DNA of 64,000 nucleotides, taken from positions 14,915,992 to 14,979,991 of the forward strand of contig NC_057718.1 in assembly GCF_004010195.1 (NCBI RefSeq), read 5' to 3'. This stretch comes from Chiloscyllium plagiosum (taxonomy: Eukaryota). Made by a program: the position numbers and the translations under genes. Below are positions 25,479 to 38,086 of the stretch, piece after piece (position 1 is the first letter of the stretch; every line of letters begins with the position of its first letter). Below the pieces are notes generated by a model. That model had not been told where the DNA came from. It saw only the letters and a program-made list of their open reading frames with translations, and ran no database searches.

Positions 25479-25864
25479 GCAAGTCATCTTCTCCAGGGCA
25501 TTGACGACAATTCCCCTAATTAAAAAAAATATTAGGGAGGGAACTGGGAAGAAGAACTGCAGGAAGCATAGTCTGTGCAAACTGAAGATCAAATTGAAAT
25601 AGCTCCTTTTCTGTCTACCTGAATGACCGCAGTTTAACATCTAACCGAAAAGATGCCCCCACCCCAACACACACCAACGGGCTCATTACATGCCACAGTC
25701 CACCTCCTCCCTCATTCTTGCAGTCATGCCAATGTCCCTGATGTTCTTACATGAGTTAGTCACCCTGCTATTCAACCATCCTCACAGCCTCATGGATACA
25801 CAACTCTTCAGAGCCACCATATCATCCCCACCCTCTATCAGAGGGACATCACCATCCCATCCTG

Positions 25865-26150
25865 TCGACATAGTGCCTTTCAAAACCATTGAACACCTCA
25901 AGCATTTTACAGTCAATGACGTACATTTGAACTGAAGTCACAGCTGTAATGCAGGAAACACTTAAACCAATTTGCACACAGCAAGCCAACAGCAATGTGA
26001 GAATGACCAGATTTCGTGATGTTGATTTAAGCAACGGGTCCCTGTCCTTCCCTATTCACCTGAGCAGGTCCTGAGTTCAATGTCACATCCGAAAGAAGAG
26101 ACCTCAGACACTGCAGCCATCCCTCAGCACTGCACTGGAACGTCAGCCTG
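25865..26150 (-). mobile_element. Deu-domain SINE relic (similar: ~31905-32125 +, 33520-34175 -, 35385-35620 +, 40020-40300 +)
   Basis: Minus strand cagtgctgaggga..ctgca..gtc.gaggt...tttcggatg.gac.tt.aac and a ...gaaaggcactat tail, recognisable as AmnSINE1/SacSINE1-like. Confidence 0.65.
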
Positions 26151-29094
26151 GGCTTGTTGTATGCTGTACTCAACATCTGGACTAGGACTTCAGCCCAGAG
26201 CCTGGTCAGTCATAGGGAAGGGGTCGAGTCACAGCTGACACTGCCATTTGCAGTCAAACTGCACAAAGGAAAATTTAGAATGGTTTCACAAAGGGGTCTC
26301 TGTGCGCATGTGTGTGTGCGTGCAAGAGGGTCCATTGGTACTAATTCAGCAAGACGTTTGAAATGGAACAACCAGCTTTTGTTCGCAAGTTCATCATATG
26401 ATTGAAACATAAATGATTCTAGCGCACAGGTTAGGGTGAGCACTAGCACATTGATTTCTCATGGGGCAGATTGGAACTGGGGTCCAATATAAAATTAGGA
26501 GGTACCCCTTCTTTGATGGAATTAATGAGAATTTCTTTTCTCTCTCAGAGGGTCCCTACAGCGTGGAATTGTCTTCCTCAGGAAGTACCGGAGGCTGGGT
26601 CTTGAATTTATGAGGCAGAGTTAGATAAAATTTCAATAAACAAGCAATTGAATCTGGTGTTGTGTGATTTTTAATGAATATAGAAGGCACACAGGAAAGT
26701 GGGTGTGAGATCAAAACCAGCTCAACCCATTCTTTCATCAAATGGCACAGAAAGCATGAAGGGCTGAATGGCCTAACCCTGTTTCTAGGTCCTACATTCC
26801 TACGTGACCAGCTCCTGATTAACGATGGACTCTCTCCAGATAGGAGAGAGATAAAAACTGCTGACGGCAGTAAGTTCTGTAAGCTAGTGGCAGGGGAAAT
26901 ATTGGCAGAGGCCTGACAAGAGCCTGGACAACCAATGGACAAGAACAGAGCGACACAGCTCTCTTGACAACAACCATCACTTAATCTGCAATCAGTAAGC
27001 CAAAACTCAATTCAAATCAAACCACACATTAAGGCCACATCTCAGGGATTGCTTAGAATAACAGAATACTAACGCAAATTGTCCAAATCCATTTAATTGA
27101 ACCCTAAAGAGTTCAGGAAAGGAAAAGCGATGGAAATCAAATCCACTGTGTGCAAATCTCAGCGAAATGAGAAACCTTAAACAAATGATTAGGTACACAT
27201 TTTATGCTGGAGCACAGTGCCACTGTGAAATGCTGAATAACTAAATACCTCCATAAAACAGAGTCTGAGGCCATCAGTGTCAGTGCACGCATTGAGATGG
27301 AGCTGGACCAGATTTTTAACCACATTGCCTCAATATGCTGATTCTTGTACTGAGCAAAATTCAAAGGTGCTCCACAGCAGCTCATCAGCAGAGAGAAACG
27401 ATTGCAGCCCAGTAACATCCCGCAACCATTCACCGATGACACATGTTTATACAATGTACAATGTCCCAAGGTGTCTGGACCCACACACTGCCCCCTACAA
27501 TCAAGGGATAGTTAGAGCCCAAACCATTGGCTTGTCATCTCCACACTGCCACTCTGCAAGGGGAACTTGGACATTCCTATTCCCTCAAACTTTCCCTGCA
27601 ATAAATTGCTCTTGAGATACTGAGCCAGTTCCCTTTTAACAGCCAGGATTGAGCCTGCCTCCGCCACTCTCTCAGGCAGTGCATTCTGCATCCTCGCCAT
27701 TTGCTATATGAAATAGCTTTTCCACCTTTGCCAATCCCCTGATGCTTGCTAGTTCTCACCATTCTGAGTCCTGATCATTGTATTGCCAACAGGATGCAGA
27801 ATGTCCCCAACAAAACCAGTAACTAAACCTGTTCTTAACTGATACACCAACATTTAACTGGCCAAACTACTGAGGATAAAATAAATTCGATCTCAGCAGG
27901 CTTGACTGTGATTTGTCGTCTCCCTAACCCCTCTAGGCCACTCCAATTATGGCTGTTACATTATAAATCTCTGTCTGTTTCCCAATTTCCATCTCCCCAC
28001 ACCTTCCATAATTTTGCTTTCACAGGTGCTATTGTAAAATGAATAGGCAGTGTGGGTTAGCAAGCATCACTGGGAAATGAGGATTGATGGTTTCTGGTTT
28101 CATGTTTGTTAAGTGTAGAGGGGAAGAATTTATTTCTTTGTTTCACTTTCAGAAACTATCACGATGATGATGTATACCTCCTCCGATGAACATAGCTTAG
28201 TGCTTCTCTAATAAGCTGATCCATCTTGCTGATAGATTTCAAATAGGGCCTGTGACAGTGTGATCTTTACCCACTGCCTCTGCCCCACTGACATTTCACT
28301 CTCATCTCCATCACTTTTCAAAATTACTCTGGCTGATACAGTCTCAAAACAATCCTTTTCCCAACTCCTGTTCAATAAAATACAACCACATGAATGCATA
28401 CCAAATTTCAAACAATCACAACAATTTACATCACAGGAGAGTTCTGCAGGATAAATTGTTGAGATAGATCAAAATTTGGCATTGTCATCGAAATATCTCT
28501 CTTTTCAAAAATATCTGCTTGTTATGTTTCCAGCCAGAGTTAGCCTTTTGTCTTGTGTAAAGGAAGCTCTACAAAGTTTCAGTGTTACATGGTATTGACA
28601 GCACAGAAACAGACCACTGCACCCCATCTGGTCCCTGCAGATGCTAATGCTCCACATTAACTCCTCCCACCCTGTTCAGCTCACCTTATCAATATACCCT
28701 CCTTCTCTTTTCTTCCCAATGTTTTTATCTCACACCCCAAAAACGCGTTGGGGTAGGTTGTCTCTAAGCCATGTGATATTGTGCCCTATATTCTAATATC
28801 CTCTGCACGGAGACATTCCCCAGAATTACAATTCATGGGAACTTTATGTGTGCAGGCCTTTATTCTGGTTCTTGACAAGTTGAAACATCTTAAAATCGAC
28901 CTGAGTCCAACTTTTCAGAATTGTAAACACCTCCATCAACTCACCCCATAGCTTTCTCCGAGAGTGAAGAACCTCAGACCATTCTATCTTTCCAGGTAAA
29001 TACAATCTCTCCATTATACTATTATAGTATTCTAGGAATCTTTTTTCTTAGACTTTACCACACAATGGCATTTAATACTGCCAAAGCAGCCTGT

Positions 29095-29361
29095 GAGGGA
29101 GAGGGGAGGGGAGAAAGGAAGGAGAACTGGAGGGTAAAAAGGATGAGGAGGGAGAGGGGAATGGCAGAGGGAGTTCCGAGGCAGAGCAAGGGAAAACAGG
29201 GGGCAGGCAGACAGGAAGAGAGAAGAGAGGATGGAGAAGGGGAAGGGAGTTGAAGGGAAGGGAGGGGGGAAAGGAGGAGGAAGGGAGGAGGAGGGAAGCG
29301 AGAGGGGAAGGGAAAAGGGAGGAGGAGGGGAAGAAGGGGGGAGGAGAGTGGAAAAGAAGGG
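29095..29361 (+). repeat. Polypurine (G/A-rich) low-complexity tract
   Basis: ~265 bp almost entirely G and A, with many GGG runs. Confidence 0.9.
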
Positions 29362-30223
29362 ACACAAAGTTTGGGGATAAGAAATGTGAATAGGAAATAC
29401 AGACTGGGGATTAGAACTGATCAAGGGGTTCATTTGATGACTGCCCCCCACTCTAACATTCTGCACAATATCAACAGAAACACAACCAATAATCAGCTTC
29501 GTATGGGGAAGAACACACTCTCAGTGATGCACACCTCAAGGAATATTAGCAGCGCATGTTGTAGTAACACTCAAGATGCAGGAAGGCAAACTGTATAGAG
29601 AGGCGTGCTGCCTCAATTTTGCACATTTAATCAATGCCAGTGTCACAGAGATGGTGACTGCCTGAAAACAGGAGCAAGGGTTTTCTCACCCATATGCCAA
29701 CCTTTACGGCTCCATGACAATAGAACTGGAAGTGTGCCAACATGTAAACTGGCACATGCTAATGATTAAAACCTTTCCAAGCACGTTTCCCATTCAGTCT
29801 GTAGAGCAGCAAGCGAAGAAGAGTTAACATATTTCTCTGAGTGCCATTTAACACAACCAAGTAATCCTTTCTTACCCTTAATACGTCCCAGGCTATTACA
29901 TTCTAAATATTTAATGATTTTAAATGTGCAATACATCGCCTGCCAGACATTTTATTTTTGTATCAAGGAATGATTAGAACCTGTTCACTATTAACATTTT
30001 TGTAACATTCCAGGCACAGCACAGGCTCCCTGCAGCTAAAGCCATCCATAATTGTGCCTCACTTAGAGCTGGCTTCTCAGGAAGTTAATGCAGAATCTCA
30101 CAGATAATACATGAACAGAGAGGCTTGCACAGAGTGTGGTGATTACTTTCCATTCCAGCTCACATTACCAATAGCATCGGATTTAGCCACTGTACGCTCA
30201 CTGAGGGACAATGGGAGCAAATG

Positions 30224-30266
30224 GGTGTGTGTGTGCGTGCATGCACACGTGTGTGTGTGTGTGTGC
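30224..30266. repeat. Imperfect (GT)n microsatellite (another at ~34276-34296)
   Basis: Direct reading. Confidence 0.9.
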
Positions 30267-30919
30267 GCGAGCACAATGAGGGGGTTGGGAGCTGCTAATC
30301 ATTCATACCCTGTTTATCTGTCAATCCTCCTCAAGTCTTATACTGACCCATTATATGCTGAATGCGAACAGAATAGTGAATGACAATTTAACCAGCTTTA
30401 TACTTCACTACATTTTAAAGCAATAGGCATAACCCCAAAAGGAAACAACCTGATCCAAAGGACGGCGTTATATAAATGCAATCTGTTGTGCCTTCAATAA
30501 ATAAAGTTCCCACAGCGCTTCACAGGAACACTGTCAGATAAAATTTAACATCAAGCCACTTATTGCAGCAGCACAGATATCGCAGCACATTTTAAGAATT
30601 TGTTACAAATGCAAAACATACATAAAAATCACCAAAACCATGGCCGAAGAGAAATAAAGTATATGGGCCATTAAGTGAGAATTTTTAGTTGAAGGGTTTG
30701 GTTCAGTAACATGAAAATAAACAGCTGCTCATGATGAAAGGCCACTGGTCTGAAAGCTTAACTGAGTCTTTGTCACTCTTTTTCTCTCTCTCTCCAAAGA
30801 TGCTGGTAAATCGACTGAACAGTGGGCGTTTATAATTTTTATTCCAGTTTTCCATTTCACTTTTGTTGAAAGCTTTGAGTCAGCTGTGATGAAAGGTGTG
30901 CAATTTATGTACATCTTCA

Positions 30920-31658
30920 TGTCATATTTGGACTTTGGATTCCAAAATGGCGGCACATGGGTGTTGGTTAATTTTGTTAAGGATTTCCTTTCCAAAATAC
31001 AAAGCACAGAGAGTCCTGTCAGAAGAGTGACCCCTAATCCAGCATGTCTATAAGAGCAGGTGATTGCAAACCCATGTCATGTTGATAGAAAGATGTTTAA
31101 ACTATTGTGTTTATGTCAGGTACAGCAAACATGCAAGGCAATCAGCTTTATTTTCAGAAGAATCTAGAATAAGTAAGTTAATTCAGGTTAGAAACAAGTC
31201 TTTCAGTTCAGTTCAGAAGGCACCAGCATAGAAGCTAGCTTAGCTTTCCCTCCTAAAAGCAGTTCAGAGAATAATTTACCTCAGCAGAAGGATTTAGTTT
31301 GTGAGACTTTCAAATGAGGAGTATTTAGTTAGAAACATGCAGGTTATTAGAACTGTGGCCTCTCAGATTTGTGAACCGTTCACATTGGCAGACTTGGAAA
31401 GAACATACCAAATTGAGTTCACAGACCACAGAAAAGAAATAGTCAGGAATCAGTTAAGGACTGAGAAAGGTTTGTATTTTCTCTGGACTCTCATTATGAT
31501 AGCTTGTTTTGTTTTAATAAACTTCTGTTCTGCGGTTAAAGAAAATCTGCAGCCTCATTAAATATGTCTCAGTGACTAACCAAAACGTCAGCAAACTAAA
31601 GAAGCATATGATCTATCAAGCCAGGTTTCCACTGGTACCAGCACTTGGGATTATAACA
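30920..31658 (+). mobile_element. Probable solo LTR
   Basis: Begins TGTCATA, ends TATAACA, with AATAAA near 31515. No clear target-site duplication. Confidence 0.55.
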
Positions 31659-32499
31659 TGGTATTAGATTTTTTCTGTTAAAAAGATGTGCAAAATATTT
31701 AATTGACCTGAACCTATCAGCCATGCCCATAGTCAGGAACTTTCACCTCAGTAACCCTTCCTGTATCTAGCTCAATAGGAATTCTACACCAGACACAACA
31801 AATAGGTATTTGTTGCTTCATAAACATCTTCCTGTTACATTTCTGGAGTTTATCCATAAGTGGATTTACAGATGTTAAATGCTTAAAAAGATTTAGCTAT
31901 TGGTAATATCATGGCAATATTTCAAAGAGAAGCAGGGTCTTTCCACTGTGAACTTTTATCCTTCAATCAACATCGACTAAAACAGAGTATGTGGACATTA
32001 TCCACGATATCTTGCTCTCACATTGGCTGCCGTGTTTCCACCATTATAAATTAATTGGCTGTAAAATACTTTGAGACGTTCAGAGGTTGAGGAAAGCTGC
32101 TCCATAAACAGAAGATCGCTCCTTCTTTCTTCACTGCGGCTTTCACAGGATAAACTATGCTATCCAAACGTAGTTAGCATGGTACAGTTCATGATGATCG
32201 CATTGTGACCACGTGAAGCCTTGCAAAACAAGCTGCAATGCAGTTGATCATGTTCTCCCAAACTTGAGCTGTGCAGACAGCGGGCATTGGGAGCCAGTGG
32301 GCATATTTAGATATTTTCAGATTAACCAGTTCAGAGATGTTATTACACCCTTCTGGAGAAGGTGGGACTCAAACTCAGATCTCCTAGTTCAGAGGTGGGG
32401 ATGGTACCAGTGTGCCACAACAATGGTGGCATTGGTGCTTGGCAATGTGAGATAATTGATTAAGTGCACTAGACACGAAGCTTATGACAAAACATTAAA

Positions 32500-33400
32500 G
32501 TGCATCAGCTTGCCTACAATATTACTTCTAGCAATAAATAAGCCCAGTGACTGTACTGCATTTCCAGTACATGGAACCACAATGGCATTTGCAATCACAA
32601 AGCAATCTTTCCCTTCCATGGATCAGTGATCCTGTGTGTGGCGTGCACTCTCGATGGGGAGCACTGAGGTGTGGTGTTGCAGTATGTATTGATGAGATAA
32701 TACAAATTTACTGACATTCACTTCCAAGCTGCTAATACTGTCGATTGAATGGCGGCTTCCTGCCAATGCAGATTCCGATTAAAATTCACTCAAAATGTCA
32801 CCCAAGCAGCAAATCATTGAGACACACTGACACTGCAGCTATCAGCAGCCCATCAATAATTGACTGCACACTTTCCCTGCAAAGCCCAAACTCGACATCA
32901 GATAACTGCTTTTAATTATTTTCTTTCTTGGAAGGAAAAGAGGAGTGAGTAAATCAGGCGGAAGCCTTTCATCCAGGAGGCGGCTGCAGATCTTGGCATT
33001 GATTGCAGATATACCTCCATTTGCACAAAGACTGAGGGGGTTAAAGTGGAATCTTCTCCCTTAGCTTGTGCATGAAATTTTATGAGGAGCACTATTCACC
33101 CATGGCAAAGCCAAATTACTAAACTACTCATTAGAGTCAGAATGGTATAAACTCATTGTTGATATATGAGCCAATCAGTCACAGTATTGATTAGTGCAAA
33201 CCCGTGTGCATCCCCCTGTACTAGCGACTGCATCAGTGCTGGCCATAAATCAGCCCCGGCCTCACAATCATTTCACGGCAGTGCAGCCTTTAGAGACAGG
33301 GCAGGGCTGATTTATCCACACCAGGTATATGTTTGGCAGGGAGTTACAAAGCTACAATTCAATCAAAGCGGTCCTAAATAAGATTGCGATTGCCACACAA
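32500..33400. promoter_or_regulatory. Candidate conserved enhancer with PBX-HOX-type sites
   Basis: TGATTTATGG on minus (33243-33252), TGATTTAT on plus (33308-33315), TGATTTAC on minus (32949-32956); repeat-free. Confidence 0.45.
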
Positions 33401-36400
33401 GATCTCGAGAGGCTGTTTGCTGAGCCCAGAGACTGGAGTCTCTTGCCTGAGCTTTATGCTCTCCTGTCTGGTACAGTCCACACAACTGTGTTGTGTTCCA
33501 TTACTGAACTTCACCAGGAAAGAGCCCTGCATTTACATAGCGCTTTTCACTATCACCAGCTATCTCAAACCATTTTACAGGCAACAAAGTACTGCTGAAG
33601 TATAATCACTGCTGAGACGTAGGAAACACAGCAGCCAGTTTGCACACAGATCGGCACTAATGACCAGGTAATCTGTTTTCAGAATCTGAAAGCTTCACTT
33701 CATTTCTGGAAGGAGCAAACTTAATAGAAACCTTAATGTGCAAGTTCCCCACCTAGTCACTCACCATCCTGACTTGGAAATATATTGCCATTCCCTTCAG
33801 TGTCGTTGGGTCAAAATCCTGGAATTTTCTCCCTAACAGCATTGTGGGTATAAATGAGCCAAACAGACTGCAGCGGTTCAGGAAGGCAGCTCCCCTTCTC
33901 AAGGGCAACTCGGGATGTAGGCCCAACCAGTGACACCCACATCCCTCGAATGAATGAAATCACTTCTCATGACCACCATGATTGTGATATCGATTGAGGG
34001 ATAAATGTTGGATAGTTCACCAGGAGAACTCCCTTGCTCCCCTTTGGAACAGTACCACAGGATCGTCAACATCCACTCAGACAGATGGAGCTTCAGTTTA
34101 AGATTTTAGCTGAAGGACAGCATTTGTGTAAGTGCAGCTCTCCCTCAGAACTACACTGGAGAAGCAGCCCGGATCAGCACCTTGTAATTCCGATGCGATA
34201 GGGCTGATGATACTGAGGTGATACACATAATGCAGGCGGGAACAATGAAGGACGCAGATTGTGTTACTCACAGATTGTGTGTGTGTGTGTGTGTGTGAGA
34301 GTGTGAGACAATTTGAGGGAGAAGGAGATGCAAATGTGTAAGAGAGAGAATAAGAGAGTGAGGAGGAGAAAAGCAGGAAATTGGGGAAGTGCAAAATTCA
34401 GCCTCAACAAATGCCTAGATTCATCAATAATGAACTCTAAATCCTCCCTGTGGTGATAAATCTCTAAATTTCTGATTCAAGGACAAAGACAGTGAAAGTT
34501 CTGAAGCAGTTTTCTCATTTTAACGAGAAAATGAAGAGCAAGCAACTGAGGAGAGGTTCATCTCAATTGACAATTCTTTGAAGCTTGGCCAAAATTCAGA
34601 TCTAACAGTCTATGTTCTGAAGAGGTTTAAATCTCTGCGACAAAATGTCATTTATTTCTCAAATGTCAACATCGCTATTCCAGTGTGTGAAAGAAATAGG
34701 AGGATTTGACAATGAGCAGACTGTGAACAAAACCAATGATCGCTATCCCACCAAATAATTTCACACAACACTAGATTCATAATAGCTAATCCACATTCAC
34801 TGCCTCTTGGAACGAATGAGAATTAAACTTCAGACTAATTACAAACCAATAGGTTCATACCAACAGATGTATCAGTACTATGGCCTTGCTCCTTCTCTGT
34901 CTGACCCTGATCCTGATCATCTCGATTCCTGCAGAAAGACCTCCGACACCGGCCAACACCAGCGTGGTTGGTCACACCTGTCTCCCCTCCCCTCGCCTCA
35001 CCTCACCATTCACAACTTCATCATCCTATGACATTGTAGCAACGTCCTTAATTCAACCTTTTACTCCTTTAAAGAAAATGAATATTTGAAAGGAATCCAA
35101 ATGAGAAATGGTGCTTAGATAACACAGGCCAAATCACTTCAGGCTGACAAGCAACTGCTGTACTTGGCAGATCGTGAGAGTCTGAATTTTTTCCGCTCTC
35201 ATTAGCGAATGCACTCCCCCAATCAGTCCCTGGTGCTGTTTGATCAAAGCCCAATGATTATCACAAACTCTGCACTTTTAAATACACCATAACATAAAGT
35301 GGTGCAAACTCCCCTCAGAGTATCATGACCAATTTAAAAGGGGTCAAAAATAATTGCCGTGGGATGACTTTCATAAAATCAGTCGTTGCTCAGTTGGGAG
35401 CAACATCACCTCTGATCCATAAGGTTCTCAGTTCAAATCAGACTCCAGGGCTTGAATGGAATAAAATACACAAAATAATCAATAAGACATTGCTGTTTGT
35501 TGGTGCTCACTGTGTGTAAACTGGCTGTCACAATTTCAACATAATAATGATGACAACTCTTCAAAAGCACTTCATTAACTCTGAGATGTCTCGCGGTGTG
35601 CTGCTATATTCATGCAAGTCTTCATTAAAGAATCAGTGCAAATAAAATGCCCAAAATATTTGATAGTGTGAAATGAAGAGGGGTGGGAGGATACTCCCAC
35701 AAAGTAAAATAATAATTATAATAACAAAATGAATCAATTTCTGAGTCATCCAATCCATGCAGTTCTTTGTAATATACCCTTTAGAGTGATCACATTCCAA
35801 AATTCAAACACGTGCTATCAGAGAAATGTTAGTCTTTACAAGTCTCTTCCCCAGACAGCAGTGCAGGCTGGATCACTGAATATATCCAAAGCTGAGGCAG
35901 ACAAGGGAGTCACGGCTATTGGGGCAGGCTGGAAAGTTGGTGGGAACACCACCATCTGAAGGTTGCCCTCCAAGCCACTCGTCATCCTGACTTGGAAATG
36001 TATCGCTGTTCCTTCACTGTCACTGGGTCAAAATTCTGGAATTCCCTCCCTAAGAGCATTGTGGGTTGACTTTCAGCTTAGGGGCTACAGTGGTTCCAAG
36101 AAGGCAGCTCACCACCACCATCTTCTCAAGGGCAGCTAGGACAAATAATTGCTGGCCCAGTCAATGATACCCATATCCCACAACAGAATAAGAAAAGTCA
36201 TCTCATTGGTCTGAATGGCCTACTCTTTATTTCTGACCATCAGGTTCATAAGGTCATGAGGGGCAAGGAAATGGTAAATAGACAAGGTCTTTTCCCTGGG
36301 GTGGGGGAGTCCAGAACTAGAGGGCATAGGTTTAAGGTGAGAGGGGAAAGATTTAAAAGGGACCTAAGGAGCAATATTTTTCATGCAGAGGGTGGTGCAT

Positions 36401-36639
36401 GTATGGAATGAGCTACCAGAGGAAGGTGGAGGCAGGTCTGATTGCAAAACTTACAAGGCATCTGGATGGATATATTGATAGGAAGGGTTTTGAGAAATAT
36501 GGGCCAAGTGCTGGCAAATGGGACTGGATTAATTTAGGACATCTGGTCGGCATGGATGAGTTGGACTGAAGGGCCTGTTTCCAGGCTGTACATCTCTATG
36601 ACTCTATAACTCTATAACTGTTGTAACTAGAACCAAACG

Positions 36640-37220
36640 CCAAAAGTAGACAACCACAGCTGTGCCTATGAAATGCGATGGAATATAGCAAAACAAGACA
36701 AACACAACCCCTGCAAACCTCACTACCTCCATTACAGCGTAATGAGATCTTAAGATAAATAAAATAAATACTGTAGGAACTGATTTGGGAGAAGCGATTA
36801 AGCTCGAAAATTCGTGCCAAAAATTCCATGCAAATCGACCTGATAGCATTTGCTCATTGCACATTTCAACCCCTGCAATCCCTTGATATCGGTGTGAAAA
36901 AACAAAACTGGTTTTGAAATCTAAACAAAGGCAACAGGGCTGCCACAAAATAAATTCTTCTTGGTTCTCTCTTAAAGTGGCTGGGGCATTGGTGAGGTTC
37001 TGTCCTGGGCTGTATTGTTAACAAAGGGATAAAAAGGATGCTTAAAAAAAAGGCAAGTAGGTGCAATGCTATTTGCTTGAGGCCAGGGTTTTGCACTCAC
37101 CTAATCAAGCTGGCATTATGCCCAATGCCTAGCTGGAGAATACTTCATAATAAATTAAGGGAAAAATAAGCTGTCCTAGCCAAAATAAAATGAATTATTT
37201 ACATTATTTTATTAAATGGT
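36640..37220. promoter_or_regulatory. Candidate conserved non-coding element
   Basis: Repeat-free, octamer ATGCAAAT near 36828, ACAAAG and TAAT motifs. Confidence 0.3.
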
Positions 37221-37765
37221 GTTCATGTTGCTTCCAGATTCCAGTGTCCAGCTTTCAGTTACATCCCAAGAGCTTGAGAACTGGCAGGGAAGATTTTACC
37301 TGAGCATAATGCCAAAAGATGCCTTAAATTTGACTGTTAAAGGAAACGTACTGGAAACATCCAGCAAGCCAGCGTCTGTGAAGAGGAAATCTCAATTAAC
37401 ATTTCAGGTCGAGTAACCTTTCATTGGGGCAATCCTAAATTTGCTCATCGTCCAACTTAAGGCAGGATAGACATTTGTTATAAAACCTGTCAATAATAGC
37501 ATGCATAGTTCCATATTATATAAATATAGATACACTATCAAAAGTATTCTTGCACCATGATGGTTACCAAAGTTAGCAAGGCACTGGACACACACTGACA
37601 AGCAGTTGCTGTCTTTAGTAGGACACACTAAGGGTCAGATTTGATGCTGCTGGCATTCTGATACCCACTTCACTGACTGGTAACATCCTTACCAAACAAG
37701 TGAGGAAACGCACTCACCACAAGCATCGACAGTAAACCACAACACACAAGCAGCTTAAACATAGT

Positions 37766-38086
37766 GGGCGGCACGGTGGCACAGTGGTTAGCACTGCTGC
37801 CTCACAGCGCCAGAGACCCAGGTTCAATTCCCACCTCAGGCGACTGACTGTGTGGAGTTTGCACGTTCTCCCCGTGTCTGCGTGGGTTTCCTCCGGGTGC
37901 TCCGGTTTCCTCCCACAGTCACAAAGATGTGCAGGGTCAGGTGAATTGGCCATACTAAATTGCTTGTAGTGTTAGATAAGGGGTAAATGTAGGGGTATGG
38001 GTGGGTTTCGCTTCGGCGGGTCGGTGTGGACTTGTTGGGCCGAAGGGCCTGTTTCCACACTGTAATGTAATCTAATCTAATCTAAT
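37766..38086 (+). mobile_element. HE1-type V-SINE, young full-length copy
   Basis: gggcggcacggtggcacagtggttagcactgctgcctcacagcgcc...(TAATC)n tail. Confidence 0.93.

Noticed and set aside
29032..29466. Proline/serine-rich 144-aa ORF
   Set aside because: Translation of the complement of the polypurine tract.
37766..37840. tRNA-like A and B boxes (also 61460-61532)
   Set aside because: SINE heads continuing into SINE bodies, not tRNA genes.
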